A stretch of DNA of 64,000 nucleotides from an uncultured Chloroflexia bacterium (GTDB lineage Bacteria > Chloroflexota > Dehalococcoidia > DSTF01 > JALHUB01), in NCBI GenBank assembly GCA_963726245.1, contig CAVSBT010000030.1:32001-96000 (forward strand), read 5' to 3'. Numbering within the stretch: position 1 is the first letter of the stretch; each line of letters begins with the position of its first letter. A program made the translations under genes and the position numbers. Positions 10,956 to 20,549 of the stretch are shown piece after piece. The notes under the pieces were generated by a model. The model made no database searches, was not told the DNA's origin, and saw nothing but the letters and a program-made list of their open reading frames with translations.

Positions 10956-11795
10956 CTATCCCATCACACGACGCAGGAGGTCGCGGGGCTTCAACACGGT
11001 GGCGCCGCCGATGGCGATGTCCCGCCGTTCGAACGCTCGCAGCGCCATCACAATCAACAGGAGCGTGACACCCAGCAGCAGGGCCACGTGCGGCCAGTCG
11101 ATTCCCTTCACGAGTGGCAGGCCGGCGCCGTAGTAGTAGAACGGCGAGGCGAATCGCAAGCCTGAGACCTCTTGCACCCCGCTCGCCAGGCTGTTCACGA
11201 AGTAGGTGGCTGTGGCAACGCCGGCTGCGACGCCGGCAGCAACGGCCCGGTTGGCCGCTACTGCACTGAGCCATAGCGAGAGGGCGAAGAACAGGAGCGT
11301 GATGGGCAGCATGTTCGCGCATGCCACAGCGGCATCGGCCAGCGTGACGTCGATGGAGACAAAAGGTATCGACACGACGAACCCGACAAACCCCAGGACG
11401 ACCACGAGCACGGCGCCGGCGCAGAACGCCAGGCACTTCTGGAGCACCATCGTCGAGCGGGCGACCGGCTGCGCCATCAGCAGGTCGATCGTGCCGCTGC
11501 CCTCCTCGCCGGCGATGGCCCCCGTGCCCTGGACCACCGCATAGACTATGAGCAGCACCGGTATCCAGCTAAAGAACTCGGCGCTGATGAAACCCGGCGC
11601 GGATGCGTAGCTGAGGTCACTGCCCAGGAAGGCCTGCAGCGCTGGTGGCAACTTGATGCTCTCGACCGTGGTGCGGTACGACGGCCAGATGAAGATGATC
11701 ATTGCGGCCATGGCCAGGAGCGCCAACCCGTAGCCGATTATCTGCCACCTCTGGTCCCGCAGCGACTTGTCAGCAACGTTGAAGATCTGACGCAT
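10956..11795 (-). CDS. ABC-2 type exporter permease
   Basis: About 6 TM; AGEEGSGTIDLLMAQPVAR, ASPFYYY, FERRDI motifs. Confidence 0.88.
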   Translation of the reverse strand: MRQIFNVADKSLRDQRWQIIGYGLALLAMAAMIIFIWPSYRTTVESIKLPPALQAFLGSDLSYASAPGFISAEFFSWIPVLLIVYAVVQGTGAIAGEEGSGTIDLLMAQPVARSTMVLQKCLAFCAGAVLVVVLGFVGFVVSIPFVSIDVTLADAAVACANMLPITLLFFALSLWLSAVAANRAVAAGVAAGVATATYFVNSLASGVQEVSGLRFASPFYYYGAGLPLVKGIDWPHVALLLGVTLLLIVMALRAFERRDIAIGGATVLKPRDLLRRVMG

Positions 11796-12702
11796 CGGCT
11801 TCCTCCTCCGGCTCTGCAGCCGAGTAGTAGGCGAGGAAGACATCCTCCAGGCTCGGCTGCTCCGTCCGCAGGTCGATCACTTGCTGTCGCCCTATCGCCT
11901 TGATGACGGCGTCCAGGCTGTCGCGCGACTGGACATGCACGGTGTTGCCGTCTCGCCTCAGCTCGCGCACCCCGGGCAGCGCGAACAGGTCGGCAGGGGG
12001 CGGCTCTGCGAAAGTCACCTCCAGGATGTGCACGCTTCGCCCCTTTAGCCTCGCGATATCCTCCACGGCCACTATCGAGCCGCTCCTGATGATGGCGACG
12101 GCGTGGCTCAGCCGTTCGACCTCTGAGAGGACGTGGGATGAGAAGAAGACGCTCCGCCCGTCGGCGACCGCCTCCTCCAGCAGTCGCGCCACCTCCTGCT
12201 GCACCAGCGGGTCGAGGCCGCTCGTCGGCTCGTCGAGGATGAGCAGCTCCGGCCGGTGCATCAACGCCTGCACCAGCCCCATCTTCTGCTTGTTGCCCTT
12301 GGAGAGCGTCCGAATGGTCAGCGACGGGTCGAGGTCCAGCCGTTCCAGCAGGTCCCGTCGGTAAGCCGGGTCGCGCTTGTCCGGCCGGAAGGAGTCGACC
12401 AGGTCAAGGAAGTCGTGCCCGCGCATCCCCTCGTACAGCCGCAGGTCGCCCGGGAGGTAGCCGACACGCCGCCGCACCTCCAGCGACTGCCGCTGCGCGT
12501 CGAGGCCGAGGACGCGCGCGGTGCCGGCCGTCGGGCGGATCAGGTCGAGGAGGATACGCATCGTCGTCGTCTTGCCGGCGCCGTTCGGCCCCAGGAAGCC
12601 ATAAATCTGGCCCGCCTCGACGCTGAGGTCGATCCCGCGCAGAGCACGCACTTGCCCGTAGTCCTTCACGACACCCCGCAGCTCGATTACCGGAACGGAC
12701 AC
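11770..12702 (-). CDS. ABC transporter ATP-binding protein
   Basis: GPNGAGKTT, LSKGNKQK, LILDEPTSGLD, SSH. Confidence 0.95.
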   Translation of the reverse strand: MSVPVIELRGVVKDYGQVRALRGIDLSVEAGQIYGFLGPNGAGKTTTMRILLDLIRPTAGTARVLGLDAQRQSLEVRRRVGYLPGDLRLYEGMRGHDFLDLVDSFRPDKRDPAYRRDLLERLDLDPSLTIRTLSKGNKQKMGLVQALMHRPELLILDEPTSGLDPLVQQEVARLLEEAVADGRSVFFSSHVLSEVERLSHAVAIIRSGSIVAVEDIARLKGRSVHILEVTFAEPPPADLFALPGVRELRRDGNTVHVQSRDSLDAVIKAIGRQQVIDLRTEQPSLEDVFLAYYSAAEPEEEADASDLQRC

Positions 12703-12775
12703 GACGCGTTTCCCTTCTCTAACGGTCGGCCTATTATATTGGCGAAGCAGCGAAAAGATCAGCCGCGCGGCGGCA

Positions 12776-13610
12776 TTATTCGCCCTGGGTTCGCCGCCGG
12801 CGAGGAAACCAGGGAATGAAGGCCGACGTGGTCTCGATGTAATCTCTGTACTGCGGCTTGGTCTCGACCTGCCTCCTCTCGAGCAGGGCCACCCCCGAAA
12901 CCCTCAGCAGCAGCCCCGTCATGATCAGGGGGCCGTACACGGTCCAGGCCCCGTGCACGGTGGCCGCAGCGATGATGAAGCAGCCCCACCAGACGGTTGC
13001 GTCGCCGAAGTAGTTGGGATGCCGGGTGTAAGCCCAGAGGCCGGTACGCATCACCTTCCCGCGGTTGGCAGGGTCGGCCTTAAAGCGCGCTAGCTGCCAG
13101 TCGCCGACAGCCTCGAACAGGAAGCCGGTGCCCCATACCAGTGCTCCCAAGAGGTCGACCACGTTCAGTTCGTCGGGCGACTTGTAGAACTGGGCGCCCA
13201 GGATGGGGGCAGAGATGAGCCAGAGCAGCAGCCCTTGCAGCAGGAAGACCTGAAGGAGGCTGGTCCACCAGAACCTATCGCCCGCCTGCTCCCGCCAGCG
13301 CCGGTAGCGGTAGTCCTCCCCCTTGCCCCAGTTCCGCCACAGGATGTAGGCCGAAAGCCTCAGCCCCCAGACACCGACAAGGCAGGTGATGAGGATCTTG
13401 CGTCCGATGAACCCGTCGGTGAGGACGAAGTAGACAGCGGCCAGGAGCAGGAAGCCCAGCCCCCAGAAGATGTCGACGACACTGGCATCCTTCCTGGCCA
13501 GGCTGAGCAGCCAGACCAGGATCACATACGTCAGCGCGCAAACAGGGAGAGGCTGAGGACATCGAGCAAGGCCATCTCTGCCCGACAAGATCACGGCTGG
13601 ACCGCCGAGA
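12776..13610 (-). CDS. DUF1295 / steroid 5-alpha-reductase-like membrane protein (N-terminus probably frameshifted, start approximate)
   Basis: VDIFWG, EDYRY, GLWAYTRHPNYFGD, SGVALLE. Confidence 0.88.
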
Positions 13611-13614
13611 GCTC

Positions 13615-14829
13615 CTATCCCACACGCTCGACCACGGCCGCGATGCCCTGACCGCCGCCGATGCACATCGTCTCCAGCCCGAAGCGGACCTGACGCCGCG
13701 CCATCTCGTTCAGCATCGTTGCCATGATGCGGCCGCCCGTGGCGCCCACAGGATGGCCGATGGAGATGCCCGAGCCGTTGACGTTCGTCCGGTCGAAGTC
13801 ACGCTCCGTGAACCCCCACTCGCGGGTGCAGGCCAGCACCTGCGATGCGAAGGCCTCGTTCAGCTCGATCAGCTCCATGTCCTTCAGGGTGAGCCCCGCG
13901 TGCTCCAGCGCCTTCTTGCTGGCGGGCACGGGACCCAAGCCCATGTAGGCAGGGTGCACACCGGCCACCGCCCAGGAGACGAGCTTGCCCATCGGCTTCA
14001 GGCCGAGCTCGGCCGCCTTCTCCGGAAAGGTGATGAGGCAGCAGGCGGCGGCGTCGTTCTCGCCGCTGGCGTTGCCGGCGGTGACGGTTGCCTCCGGGTC
14101 TTGCTTGAGACGGATCGGCCGCAGCGAGGCCAGTCGCTCCAACGTCGTGTCGGCCCGCGGATGCTCATCCCGGGCAAAGACTGTGGGCTCGCCCTTCTTC
14201 GACGGCACGGTGACAGGCACGGTCTCCGCGTCGAACCTGCCGGCCTCCCAAGCGGCGACGGCGCGCTGGTGAGAACGAAGCGCCAGCTCGTCCTGCTCCT
14301 CACGCGGGATCTTGTACTGGCGGCGGAGGTTCTCCGCCGTCTCCAGCATGCCGCCCTCGACCGGATAGCGGCGGCTGCCGGCCGTCACGCGGCCGCGGTT
14401 GAGCCGGTCCAAGAGAGTCAAGTCGCCGCGGTTCGGTCCCCAGCGCATGTTGTTGACGTAGAACTCCGCGTTGCTCATGCTCTCCACGCCGCCGGCCAGC
14501 ACCACGTCGGCCGCGCCGGTCTGCACCTCCATGGCCGCAAAACAGATCGCGAGAAGCCCGGAGCCGCAGCGGCGGTCGACCTGACACCCCGGCACCTCAA
14601 CCGGCAGCCCAGCCTGCAACACGGCGAGCCGGCCAATAGCCGGCGTCTCGCCGTTGGGGTAGCAGTGCCCGAAGACACAGTCGTCGATCACACGCGGGTC
14701 CAGCTTCGTCCGCTCCAGCACAGCGCCGACGACCAGTGCCGCCAGCGTCTCCACGTCGACATCGCGGAGCGCACCACCAAAGCGGCCAACCGGCGTGCGC
14801 ACCGGGCTACAGATTACGGCTTCGCGCAT
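13615..14829 (-). CDS. Acetyl-CoA C-acyltransferase (thiolase)
   Basis: RRCGSG, ELNEAFA, GHPVGATG, MCIGGGQG. Confidence 0.95.
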   Translation of the reverse strand: MREAVICSPVRTPVGRFGGALRDVDVETLAALVVGAVLERTKLDPRVIDDCVFGHCYPNGETPAIGRLAVLQAGLPVEVPGCQVDRRCGSGLLAICFAAMEVQTGAADVVLAGGVESMSNAEFYVNNMRWGPNRGDLTLLDRLNRGRVTAGSRRYPVEGGMLETAENLRRQYKIPREEQDELALRSHQRAVAAWEAGRFDAETVPVTVPSKKGEPTVFARDEHPRADTTLERLASLRPIRLKQDPEATVTAGNASGENDAAACCLITFPEKAAELGLKPMGKLVSWAVAGVHPAYMGLGPVPASKKALEHAGLTLKDMELIELNEAFASQVLACTREWGFTERDFDRTNVNGSGISIGHPVGATGGRIMATMLNEMARRQVRFGLETMCIGGGQGIAAVVERVG

Positions 14830-15162
14830 GATCGTCCTCCTAATCCAAGCCTTCCTATCTGAGGTTGCCAACTGCGCCGACAGAGCGCAGGACACTATCG
14901 AAACGTGCTCATCGTACCACCGGCCTTTGCCTCGGCCAAGACGAACCTGCGATGCGGGCGGCCACCCGCAAACGCGGGGCGCGGCTGGCCAGTTGCGCAT
15001 CTCCACCAGTCTGCTTGACCGTTGCGGATGCCATCCGCACACTTCCCTCTAGACAGCGTTCGCGTTCTGCCGTGGTGATAGTGATCGCCCGGTCGTGCCC
15101 GGCCAAGAAAGCCGAGGGCGGCCCGAGCGGCGCGACGGCATGGGGCAAAGGAGGTCGTCGCC

Positions 15163-16458
15163 ATGCTGGGAGGACACAGATACTGGCGGGCAGGCATTCG
15201 TTCTGGCACGGGAGGCGTCAGGCGATGGATCCTGGCCGGCGTCGCACTGTGTCTGATCACCCTGGTCGCCATCTCGTGCGGCGGCTCGTCTCATCAAGAC
15301 GGCTCGCCCTCAGCGACCGCACCGTCCTCGCCGGCGCCGTCGAACACTGTCTGGCTGTGCCGCCCCGGACTCGCCAACAATCCCTGCGAAAGCGATCTCA
15401 CGACCACGGTGGTGTCTGCCGACGGCTCGAGCACCACCGAGGCGGCGACTCCGGCGAAGGACCCGCCGATCGACTGCTTCTACGTGTACCCAACGGTCAG
15501 CGGCCAGACAACCACGAACGCCAACCTGGACATCGACCCGGAAGAAAAGGCAGTCGCCGTCCAGCAGGCGGCCCGCTTCTCGCAGGTATGCAAGGTGTAC
15601 GCCCCCATGTACCGGCAGCTCACCGTGGCGGGGCTCGGCGCGGCGGTCGGCACGGCGGGTGGGGGCGGACTGCGAGGTCCCAACCCGGCCTACGCCGACG
15701 TGCTCTCCGCGTGGCAGGACTACCTAGCCCATTACAACAACGGCCGGGGGGTCGTCCTCATCGGCCACTCCCAGGGGGCAGCCATGCTGGCCCGTCTGGT
15801 CACGTCTGAGATCGACCCCAACCCGGCCTTGCGTGCCCGCCTTGTCTCGGCGCTGCTGATGGCCGGCAACATATCGGTCGCCGCGGGTCAGGACGTGGGT
15901 GGTGACTTTCAGAACATTCCCGCCTGCCGGTCCGCCGATCAAACAGGCTGTGTGGTGGCCTACTCAAGCTTCATCCAGCCGCCGCCGCCCGATACCCCGT
16001 GGGGCAGGGTGAACGTCGGCCTGAGGTTGGGCGAGCAAGCCAATGGGAATCTAGAGGTGCTGTGCGTCAACCCGGCTTCGCTTTCAGGGGGCACGGGCCC
16101 GCTGGAGCCCTACTTCTTGGCCACTCGTCTCCCCGGGGTATTTGGCGCCGACTTGATCGGAACACCCTCCGCCCCCACGCCGTGGCTGGCCTACCCCGGC
16201 CTCTACACCGCCCACTGCGAGAGCTCCGGCGGCACCAACTGGCTGCAGGTTGACGCCACCAATATCGCCGGTGACCAAAGGTGGGTAGCAAGGCAGACGC
16301 TCGGGCCCACATGGGGGTTGCACCTCGTCGATGTGAACATCGCGATGGGCAACCTCGTGGACCTCGTTCGCCAGCAGGCCGCACGCCTACTCACACTGAG
16401 GGAAGCGGGGATTGAGGTTGTCCTACTGAGGAGCCGCCCGATCGTGGACTCTGCTTGA
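15163..16458 (+). CDS. DUF3089 alpha/beta-hydrolase lipoprotein (true stop may be ~16399)
   Basis: Lipobox-like VAISC; WLCRPG, DCFYVYPTV, YAPMYRQ, GHSQG, WGLHLVD. Confidence 0.85.
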   Translation: MLGGHRYWRAGIRSGTGGVRRWILAGVALCLITLVAISCGGSSHQDGSPSATAPSSPAPSNTVWLCRPGLANNPCESDLTTTVVSADGSSTTEAATPAKDPPIDCFYVYPTVSGQTTTNANLDIDPEEKAVAVQQAARFSQVCKVYAPMYRQLTVAGLGAAVGTAGGGGLRGPNPAYADVLSAWQDYLAHYNNGRGVVLIGHSQGAAMLARLVTSEIDPNPALRARLVSALLMAGNISVAAGQDVGGDFQNIPACRSADQTGCVVAYSSFIQPPPPDTPWGRVNVGLRLGEQANGNLEVLCVNPASLSGGTGPLEPYFLATRLPGVFGADLIGTPSAPTPWLAYPGLYTAHCESSGGTNWLQVDATNIAGDQRWVARQTLGPTWGLHLVDVNIAMGNLVDLVRQQAARLLTLREAGIEVVLLRSRPIVDSA

Positions 16459-17410
16459 AGATCTGGCTCGGGTTCGCAGCCATCAGGCCGTCGATGGCCG
16501 CGGGTATGAGGAGAAAGCCGAGCACCAGCACGCCCTGGCCACCGGTCACCGCCAGCAGAGAGCCCGGCCCCCTCGCGCCTGATGTGACGGCCAGGATCAC
16601 CAGCACGCTACTCACCAACGTGACCAGTCTTGCTGTTCGGGACTGGGCACGCACGATGGTCGCCCCCGCCAGGGCCATGCCCAGACACGCGCCGCCCAGC
16701 GAGGCGTCGTAGCCAGCCGCCTGCGACCAGTCGGGCCCGACAATGCCTCCGGCGTGATGCACGGCGGCCAGCCACATCGTCACAGCCGGGAGCGGTGAGA
16801 GCATCACGGAGGCCAGGACCCAGTCGCGCCGCACCACCACCACGGTGCACCAGCACAAGACCAGCACCGCCAGCGGGTAGTACACGACCGCGCCGGATAC
16901 GCCCAGCAGGACGATCGGGTTCTTCGTGCCTCCTGCCACGTCAGACGCATGGCTCCGAAGGATCAAGAAGGCCAGGTAGCCACACACGACTAGCATGGCC
17001 ATCGCAATGCCCGCCCAGGTGTAGAACCACGATGGCTTGCCGTGCCATGAGGCGCCCAGGGTGACCACCACTACGACCGCGCCAAACGCTGCCAGCGCCG
17101 CCGGATTGTGCCACAAGTGGGTCGCGAAGAGGACGGCCGCCAGCAGGAACGGAATGGCGGCAAGAAGGGCCTCTCGCCACGTTACCTGAGTGTGAGCTTC
17201 TTGCAGCAGCCTCGCCAGAACGCGGGGGCGCCCGAGGTGACGTCGGAGCACCTTCTCAAGAACCTCATCCCCCTGACCCTTCTGCCGCAACTCCTGCAGG
17301 CAGTCGTCGGCGTGGGTTTGCAGCTCCCTGAGAACGTCGTCAGCCGCCGCCGGCTCCAAGGAGAGGCTTCGCCGCAGCTCGTCAAAGTAGGACCCGAGTT
17401 GGGGTATCAC
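16391..17410 (-). CDS. Multi-TM membrane protein with N-terminal HAAS/permease-prefix-like domain
   Basis: YFDELRRSL...DVLRELQTH...HLGRPRVLA followed by many TM helices; directly downstream of padR. Confidence 0.7.
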   Translation of the reverse strand: MIPQLGSYFDELRRSLSLEPAAADDVLRELQTHADDCLQELRQKGQGDEVLEKVLRRHLGRPRVLARLLQEAHTQVTWREALLAAIPFLLAAVLFATHLWHNPAALAAFGAVVVVVTLGASWHGKPSWFYTWAGIAMAMLVVCGYLAFLILRSHASDVAGGTKNPIVLLGVSGAVVYYPLAVLVLCWCTVVVVRRDWVLASVMLSPLPAVTMWLAAVHHAGGIVGPDWSQAAGYDASLGGACLGMALAGATIVRAQSRTARLVTLVSSVLVILAVTSGARGPGSLLAVTGGQGVLVLGFLLIPAAIDGLMAANPSQIFKQSPRSGGSSVGQPQSPLPSV

Positions 17411-17432
17411 AGTCTCGGGCGCTCCTTCGCCA

Positions 17433-17762
17433 CTAAGCTGGCCTGGTGATCATCCTGACAGCCGTGGCAAATCCCTGCCACTGAACCAGTTGTTCAGCCA
17501 GCCTCCGTTGGCCCTTAGGGGTGACTGTGTAGTAGCGCCGCTCCTGCCCCGCCGTAAGCCGGCGCCATCGCCCGGAGACATATCCATCATGTTCCAAGCG
17601 GTGCAGTGCTGGATAGAGGGTCCCCTCGCGAAACTTGAAGTAACCCTCGCTGCGGCTATCAAGCTCCTTCATGATCTGGTAGCCATACATCGCCTCTTCT
17701 TGCAGGAGGGCGAGAAGGAGCAGGTCGGTGTTCCCCTTTAGGAGCTGAGAAATGTAACGCAT
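17433..17762 (-). CDS. PadR-family transcriptional regulator
   Basis: LLKGN, MYGYQI, EGTLYPALHRLE, RRYYTVTPKG. Confidence 0.95.
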   Translation of the reverse strand: MRYISQLLKGNTDLLLLALLQEEAMYGYQIMKELDSRSEGYFKFREGTLYPALHRLEHDGYVSGRWRRLTAGQERRYYTVTPKGQRRLAEQLVQWQGFATAVRMITRPA

Positions 17763-17776
17763 GGCACCTCGTATCC

Positions 17777-17876
17777 CAAGGATGTCGATTACCTAGGGTC
17801 AACTTACGCCCGCCCCGTTTGCCTGTCAATGGCCTTCCAAGAGCGCCTTGACAAGAGCTAGGACCTCGATTACCGT
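17777..17876. promoter_or_regulatory. Back-to-back sigma70-type promoters with a duplicated operator-like motif
   Basis: Plus TTGACA(17848)-17-TACCGT(17871); minus TTGACA(17829)-17-TAAGTT(17806); motif CwAGGAnnTCGATTACC at 17777-17793 and 17858-17874. Confidence 0.6.
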
Positions 17877-17919
17877 TGTATATTGGCAACCGAGGACACT
17901 CCCCCGAGAGACGCAACCC

Positions 17920-18971
17920 ATGTCTACCGCGACTATTGGTCTCGTCTCGCCACCGACCTTCCTGCAGCGATACCGGCAGGAGATCGACGCCGAATTGCGG
18001 GCGCTGGTCGAGGGCCGGCCGGCGGCCTTCTCTCCCCAGGTGCGCTATCAACTGGGCTGGATCGACGAGCAGGGGCAGCCCTCGGTCAGTGGGCGGTGGC
18101 AAGGCGCTGCGTCCCTCCCTCGCTGCTCCTGACATGCGACGGCCTGGGCGGCGATCATAGTCAGGCGCTTCCGCTGGCGGCCGCCATCGAGCTCGCGCAC
18201 AACTTCTCCCTCGTCCACGACGACGTACAGGACGGCGACCGGGAGCGCCGCCATCATCCTACAGCCTGGGTCCTCTGGGGCGTGCCCCAAGCCATCAACC
18301 TGGGGGACGCCCTGGCCGGCCTCGCCCTGTCCGCCCTCCACAGCGCTTGCGAACGCGGCCTGTCACCCTCCCAAGCGCTCGAGGCGCGCAGCATCCTGGC
18401 AAAGGCCTGCCTGGAGTTGATCGAAGGCCAGCAGATGGACCTCTCGCTCGAAGAAGAGAGGAGGGTCTCCCTCCCTGACTACCTCATGATGGCGGAGAGG
18501 AAGACCGGCGCCCTCATGGGCGCCTCCCTGGAGCTGGGAGCTCTGGTCGCGGGAGGCGCGGGCGCGCAGCTTGCGGCCTGCCGTCAGGCCGGGCGCAGCC
18601 TCGGCCTCGCCTTCCAGGTTCGCGACGACTGCCTCGCTATCTGGAGCGACCGCTCTGAGACGGGCAAGGACGCCGGCGGCGACATCCTGCGCAAGAAGAA
18701 GTCACTGCCCGTCGTGTTCGGCCTTTCTCAGACAGGGGCTCTCGCCGCAGAGCTCGGCCGCATCTACAGACGAAACGCCCTCTCGCCGGAGGACGTGGAG
18801 CACGTCCGCTGTCTCCTCACCGAAGCGGGGGCGCTCACCTTCGCCCGCCGTCTCGCTGACGAGCTTGGCCAGACAGCGCTCCTCCAGCTACAGAGCGTGG
18901 GGCTGGCGCCCTGGGCGCAGGAGGAGCTCCGCCTGCTGGTCGACTACCTGATCCAAGATTTGAAACGATGA
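17920..18971 (+). CDS. Polyprenyl (FPP/GGPP) synthase (frameshift ~18095)
   Basis: GKALRP, HNFSLVHDDVQD, RR loop, GQQMD, KTG, FQVRDD. Confidence 0.9.
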
Positions 18972-18993
18972 ACGACATCCGGCAACGGCATGA

Positions 18994-19053
18994 GTAGGGG
19001 CGACCCCCGTGGTCGCCCGGCGGCCTAGGGCAGGCACGGGGGCCTGCCCCTAC
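18994..19053. repeat. GTAG-type REP doublet (REPIN-like)
   Basis: GTAGGGGCGACC...GGTCGCCC and GGGCAGGC...GCCTGCCCCTAC; same termini as 3051-3078. Confidence 0.75.
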
Positions 19054-19066
19054 AGAGGGGATCGAG

Positions 19067-19948
19067 ATGCGGATCGAGCTGGCGACGCCCTTCGGGTTCT
19101 GCTTCGGGGTCAGGCGGGCCATCCAGATGGTCGAGCAGGCGGTCGCGGACAGTGGGGAGATCTCCAGCTTGGGATCCATCGTCCACAACCCGAAGGTCGT
19201 CGGGCGCCTCGGCGAGCGGGGCGTACGCGTGGTGCAGCACTTCGATGATGTGGCGGGCACGGTGGCCTTCACCGCTCATGGCGCCGGACCCGCGACCTAT
19301 GAGGAGGCGGCGAAGCGGAGCCTGGCGGTGGTCGATACGACCTGCCCCATCGTGGCCAAGGCGCAGCGTGCGGCCACGCGGCTCACCAGAGCCGGCTTCC
19401 GCGTCATCATCTATGGCGATGAGATGCATCCTGAAGTCCGAGGAGTGCTGGCCTGGACCAGAGGAAAGGGGGTGGCCATTCTGGATCCTCAAATGGAGAT
19501 CGATATCCCGGGTCGCAAGGTGGCGCTGCTTTCGCAGACCACCAAGAGTCAGCAGGCCTTCGCCAGCTTTGTGGGCGAGTTCTTGGCCGCCAACATCGGC
19601 CGCATCAACGAGGTCCGCATCGTCAACACCACCTGCCCGGAGACGGAGGATCGCTATGAGGCTGCCCGTCGCCTGGCGATGAACGCGGACCTGATGATCG
19701 TCGTAGGCGGAAAGAACAGCGCCAACACCTGCAAGCTGGCGGACACCTGCGCAGCAGCCGGCGCCAAGACCTACCACGTCGAGTCAGCCGAGGACATCGA
19801 CCCCGCGTGGATCGAAGGCCGCGAGGTCGTGGGGGTGACGGCCGGCGCTTCTACGCCTGACGAGTGCGTGGATGAGGTCATCACACACCTCAGGCAGCTC
19901 GACCGGCGGCGGAACGGGAGGGCGACTCGTGCTCGAACCGGCCGCTAA
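19067..19948 (+). CDS. ispH: 4-hydroxy-3-methylbut-2-enyl diphosphate reductase
   Basis: GFCFGV, IVHN, TAHG, DTTCP, SQTT, NTTC, GGKNSAN, TAGASTP. Confidence 0.95.
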   Translation: MRIELATPFGFCFGVRRAIQMVEQAVADSGEISSLGSIVHNPKVVGRLGERGVRVVQHFDDVAGTVAFTAHGAGPATYEEAAKRSLAVVDTTCPIVAKAQRAATRLTRAGFRVIIYGDEMHPEVRGVLAWTRGKGVAILDPQMEIDIPGRKVALLSQTTKSQQAFASFVGEFLAANIGRINEVRIVNTTCPETEDRYEAARRLAMNADLMIVVGGKNSANTCKLADTCAAAGAKTYHVESAEDIDPAWIEGREVVGVTAGASTPDECVDEVITHLRQLDRRRNGRATRARTGR

Positions 19949-20474
19949 CCCCAGCAACGACCGCCGTCGCAACGGCGGCGCCTTCCGCCAGGCGACCCTG
20001 GAGACACCCGTTCTCCGCGAAGGCACGCGCCCCTTCTGCCTGACGGCCACCCTGCACATCCATACCGGCGACGGCCCTCACTTCATCGACATCACCGACC
20101 AGGTGGAGGAGTTGCTGCAGCGCTCCGGCATGCGCACCGGGTTCGCGGTTGTCTTCTCCCGCCACACAACGGCCGCCATCCGCATCAATGAGAGCGAGCC
20201 CCTGTTGCTGCGCGACATGGAGCTCCTGCTGGAACGTGTGGCGCCGCGGGACAGCTACTACCACCACAACGACCTCACGACCCGCACCGTCAACCTGACG
20301 GAAGAAGAGGACATCAACGGCCACGCCCACTGCCGCCACCTCCTCATGGGGTCAAGCGAGGCGATCCCCGTGGTCGACGGCCGGCTCCACTTCGGTCGCT
20401 GGCAGCGCCTCTTCCTGGTAGAGCTGGACCGCCCACGGGACCGCGAAGTGGTGGTCCAGTTCGTGGGGGCCTAG
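19929..20474 (+). CDS. yjbQ: YjbQ/UPF0047 family protein
   Basis: FIDIT, HTTAAIRINE, YHHND, NGHAH, GRWQRLFLVELD. Confidence 0.9.
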   Translation: MLEPAANPSNDRRRNGGAFRQATLETPVLREGTRPFCLTATLHIHTGDGPHFIDITDQVEELLQRSGMRTGFAVVFSRHTTAAIRINESEPLLLRDMELLLERVAPRDSYYHHNDLTTRTVNLTEEEDINGHAHCRHLLMGSSEAIPVVDGRLHFGRWQRLFLVELDRPRDREVVVQFVGA

Positions 20475-20476
20475 CA

Positions 20477-20549
20477 GGGTGCTGAAGAAGCCGCCGCTCG
20501 CCCTTCGACACGCTCAGGACGAGCGGCTCCTGGATTCCGCTCGTGGTGA
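20477..20549. repeat. Partial copy of the palindromic element at 42250-42371, overlapping the shc 5' end
   Basis: AGGGTGCTGAAGAAGCCGCCGCTCGCCCTTCGACACGCTCAGGACGAGCGG aligns with the reverse complement of the right part of 42250-42371. Confidence 0.75.

Noticed and set aside
16391-16458. Convergent overlap of the DUF3089 and HAAS genes as antisense regulation
   Set aside because: Probably an indel artefact; an alternative stop (AYSH*) lies at ~16399
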